From assembly GCF_009914755.1 (NCBI RefSeq), contig NC_060939.1: a DNA stretch of 64,000 nucleotides; one strand, given 5' to 3'. Of the stretch, positions 61,048 to 64,000 are shown in pieces. This DNA comes from the human T2T-CHM13v2.0 reference genome, Homo sapiens. Positions within the stretch are counted from its first letter, which is position 1. Every line of letters begins with the position of its first letter. Both the position numbers and the translations under genes were made by a program. The notes under the pieces are model-generated. The model saw nothing but the letters and a program-made list of their open reading frames with translations. It made no database searches and was not told the DNA's origin.

Positions 61048-62277
61048 TCCACTTAATTAGGAGACATCTGCCAAGGATGTGTGCACTGGCTGGATAGACA
61101 GGTGAATTTGGTGAGTGGTGACATTTTGAGTTTTCTTCAATTGGTCTGCTGACATTCAACTAGTCACTTAGCCTCTGAGCTTTGGTTTTCTCATCTGTAA
61201 AACAGGAATAATAGTTCCTACTTAGGTAAGTAACTCATATGGGCCCTTCTTTCCTGCCAGTGAGATGTAGATATGATCTAGTGAAATGAGGGTTTTCTTG
61301 TCAGCCTTCTTATAAAGCAGTAGAATATAGAGTGGAAAATATTTAAAATTGTTTCATCTTTACTAATACTTTATGTGATCACACCTGTTGTCATAACATT
61401 TTTTTAAAACAGCAAGAATTGCCTTTACGACCTAAAGAATTGTTGTGTCTCTATTAAACATCACCTTAAAAGTCAAGATGCTAATGCAATACAGCCACGA
61501 TATTCTCACAAATAACTTTGAACTATCATCCTCTTTATTCTTATGATAAAATTATTTCTTTTCCATGCAATTTAATTAAAACAATAAAAATTATGTCAAC
61601 AGTGCTGCTGAAATTTTAGCTAATAATAGAATCATTTTTATGTTCGTAAACTATATCTTATACAACTTTATTAAAATTATCCAGTTATCATTGTACTAAA
61701 ATGTGTATGCAGCCATATAAAGAGTCACTGACCTTGAAAACCAAAGAAATAGCAGTTAAAGAATGCTTTCGGGTAAGCACAATTATTAGTAAACCTAGCC
61801 AAAGAGTTTAAAATATGAACCATGGTAAGTTCCACATCTCAGAAAAAAAGAAAGAAAATAGTCTGTAACCAGAAAACTTTAAGAAGCATTATAAATAGAA
61901 AGTATATAACGAAACACAGGGAAACATATGAAATCATTAAACAACCAAATAAATAAAACAAATACTAAGAAGTCAGTAATAATAGATATGAGGAGAAAAT
62001 GCTCCGACTTGAAGGAGATTGATTCTCAGGTTGGATCTGCCCCACTTTGCAGAGGTTATGATCGTGGTCCCTGCAGCTAGACTGCCTGTGTTTCACTGTT
62101 CCTGGACCTGCCTTGTTTTTGTGACCTTGAGCAAGTGTCTCTTCTTTCTGTGCTCAGTTTCCTCATCTGTAAAAGAAGGGTGCTTATGGTACCTCCCTCG
62201 TTGCCGATACAGGAGACATTTGCAGATTCTAGTGGTGATGCTCACATAATTGATCAACTTTGAAAAAGAAGAAAAAT

Positions 62278-62681
<404 letters not shown>

Positions 62682-63037
62682 CTAGATCATTAAAATTGAC
62701 TTACAGGTTTAGAAAGAAACCCAAATTGAAAAAAAGTATTAACTATGTGACAAAGGTAGAAATGTAAATGAATGATGAGGGGAAAGATTATTCCAAAAAT
62801 GATGCCGAGACAACTGGCTTTTTAGAAACATTATATTAGATTGATTTTTTTTTTTCTTAACCTCACAACAACACCGCAATAAATTCCAGGTGGGTTAAGG
62901 AATTAAGTTTCAAAAATGAAATCATAGAGAAGAATCAAATGGAATGTATGTGACTGCTTCTGTAATTGTGGAGTAGGGGAAGGGCTTTTTGAATATGGTC
63001 CTAATAGAGGAAATCATTTTGTGAAATACCTATATAA

Positions 63038-63392
<355 letters not shown>

Positions 63393-63433
63393 TCAACTTG
63401 AACTAAAATAGTAAATGAATAATATTATAGTTA

Positions 63434-63793
<360 letters not shown>

Positions 63794-64000
63794 TAATGCA
63801 AGTATTTATGAGTGAGTGAATATGTCTTCATGCATGAAGTGAAAGGAGCAGGAAACAATTGTTAGTTTATAATATGCATGGAGCACTTATATTCTAGGAG
63901 TATGTTAGTTGCTCTCTTTTAATAATGTCAATAATCCAACTAAATAGGTACTATTGTTGTCTCTATTTTTGCCCTAAGGAAACAGTTTAGCTGGTAAGTG

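Overview
Primate DNA, almost certainly human. The only protein-coding gene I can support is MEX3B on the minus strand: 2 coding exons, 569 aa, KH-KH-RING, with a large CpG island and a ~1.4 kb AU-rich 3' UTR. About 50 kb downstream of it is repeat-rich intergenic sequence. It holds a full-length L1PA2-like LINE-1 (intact ORF1, dead ORF2) nested in an old L1, a PIN4 processed pseudogene inserted into a palindromic element, a two-LTR MaLR provirus relic, an ERVL-class gag-pol relic, about 20 Alus and several DNA transposon relics. I do not see a convincing new multi-gene system. The most unusual signals are: (1) three ~150-185 bp locally templated insertions, each ~1.2-1.4 kb from its donor and of similar divergence, within 15 kb; (2) a point change in L1 ORF0 that truncates ORF0 and creates a perfect CAG|GTGAGT antisense splice donor; (3) the PIN4 retrocopy at the centre of a nested palindrome; (4) an open in-frame 5' extension of MEX3B with a GTG in strong Kozak context. 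Repeat subfamily names are from memory of consensus sequences, and repeat boundaries without a stated TSD are approximate.
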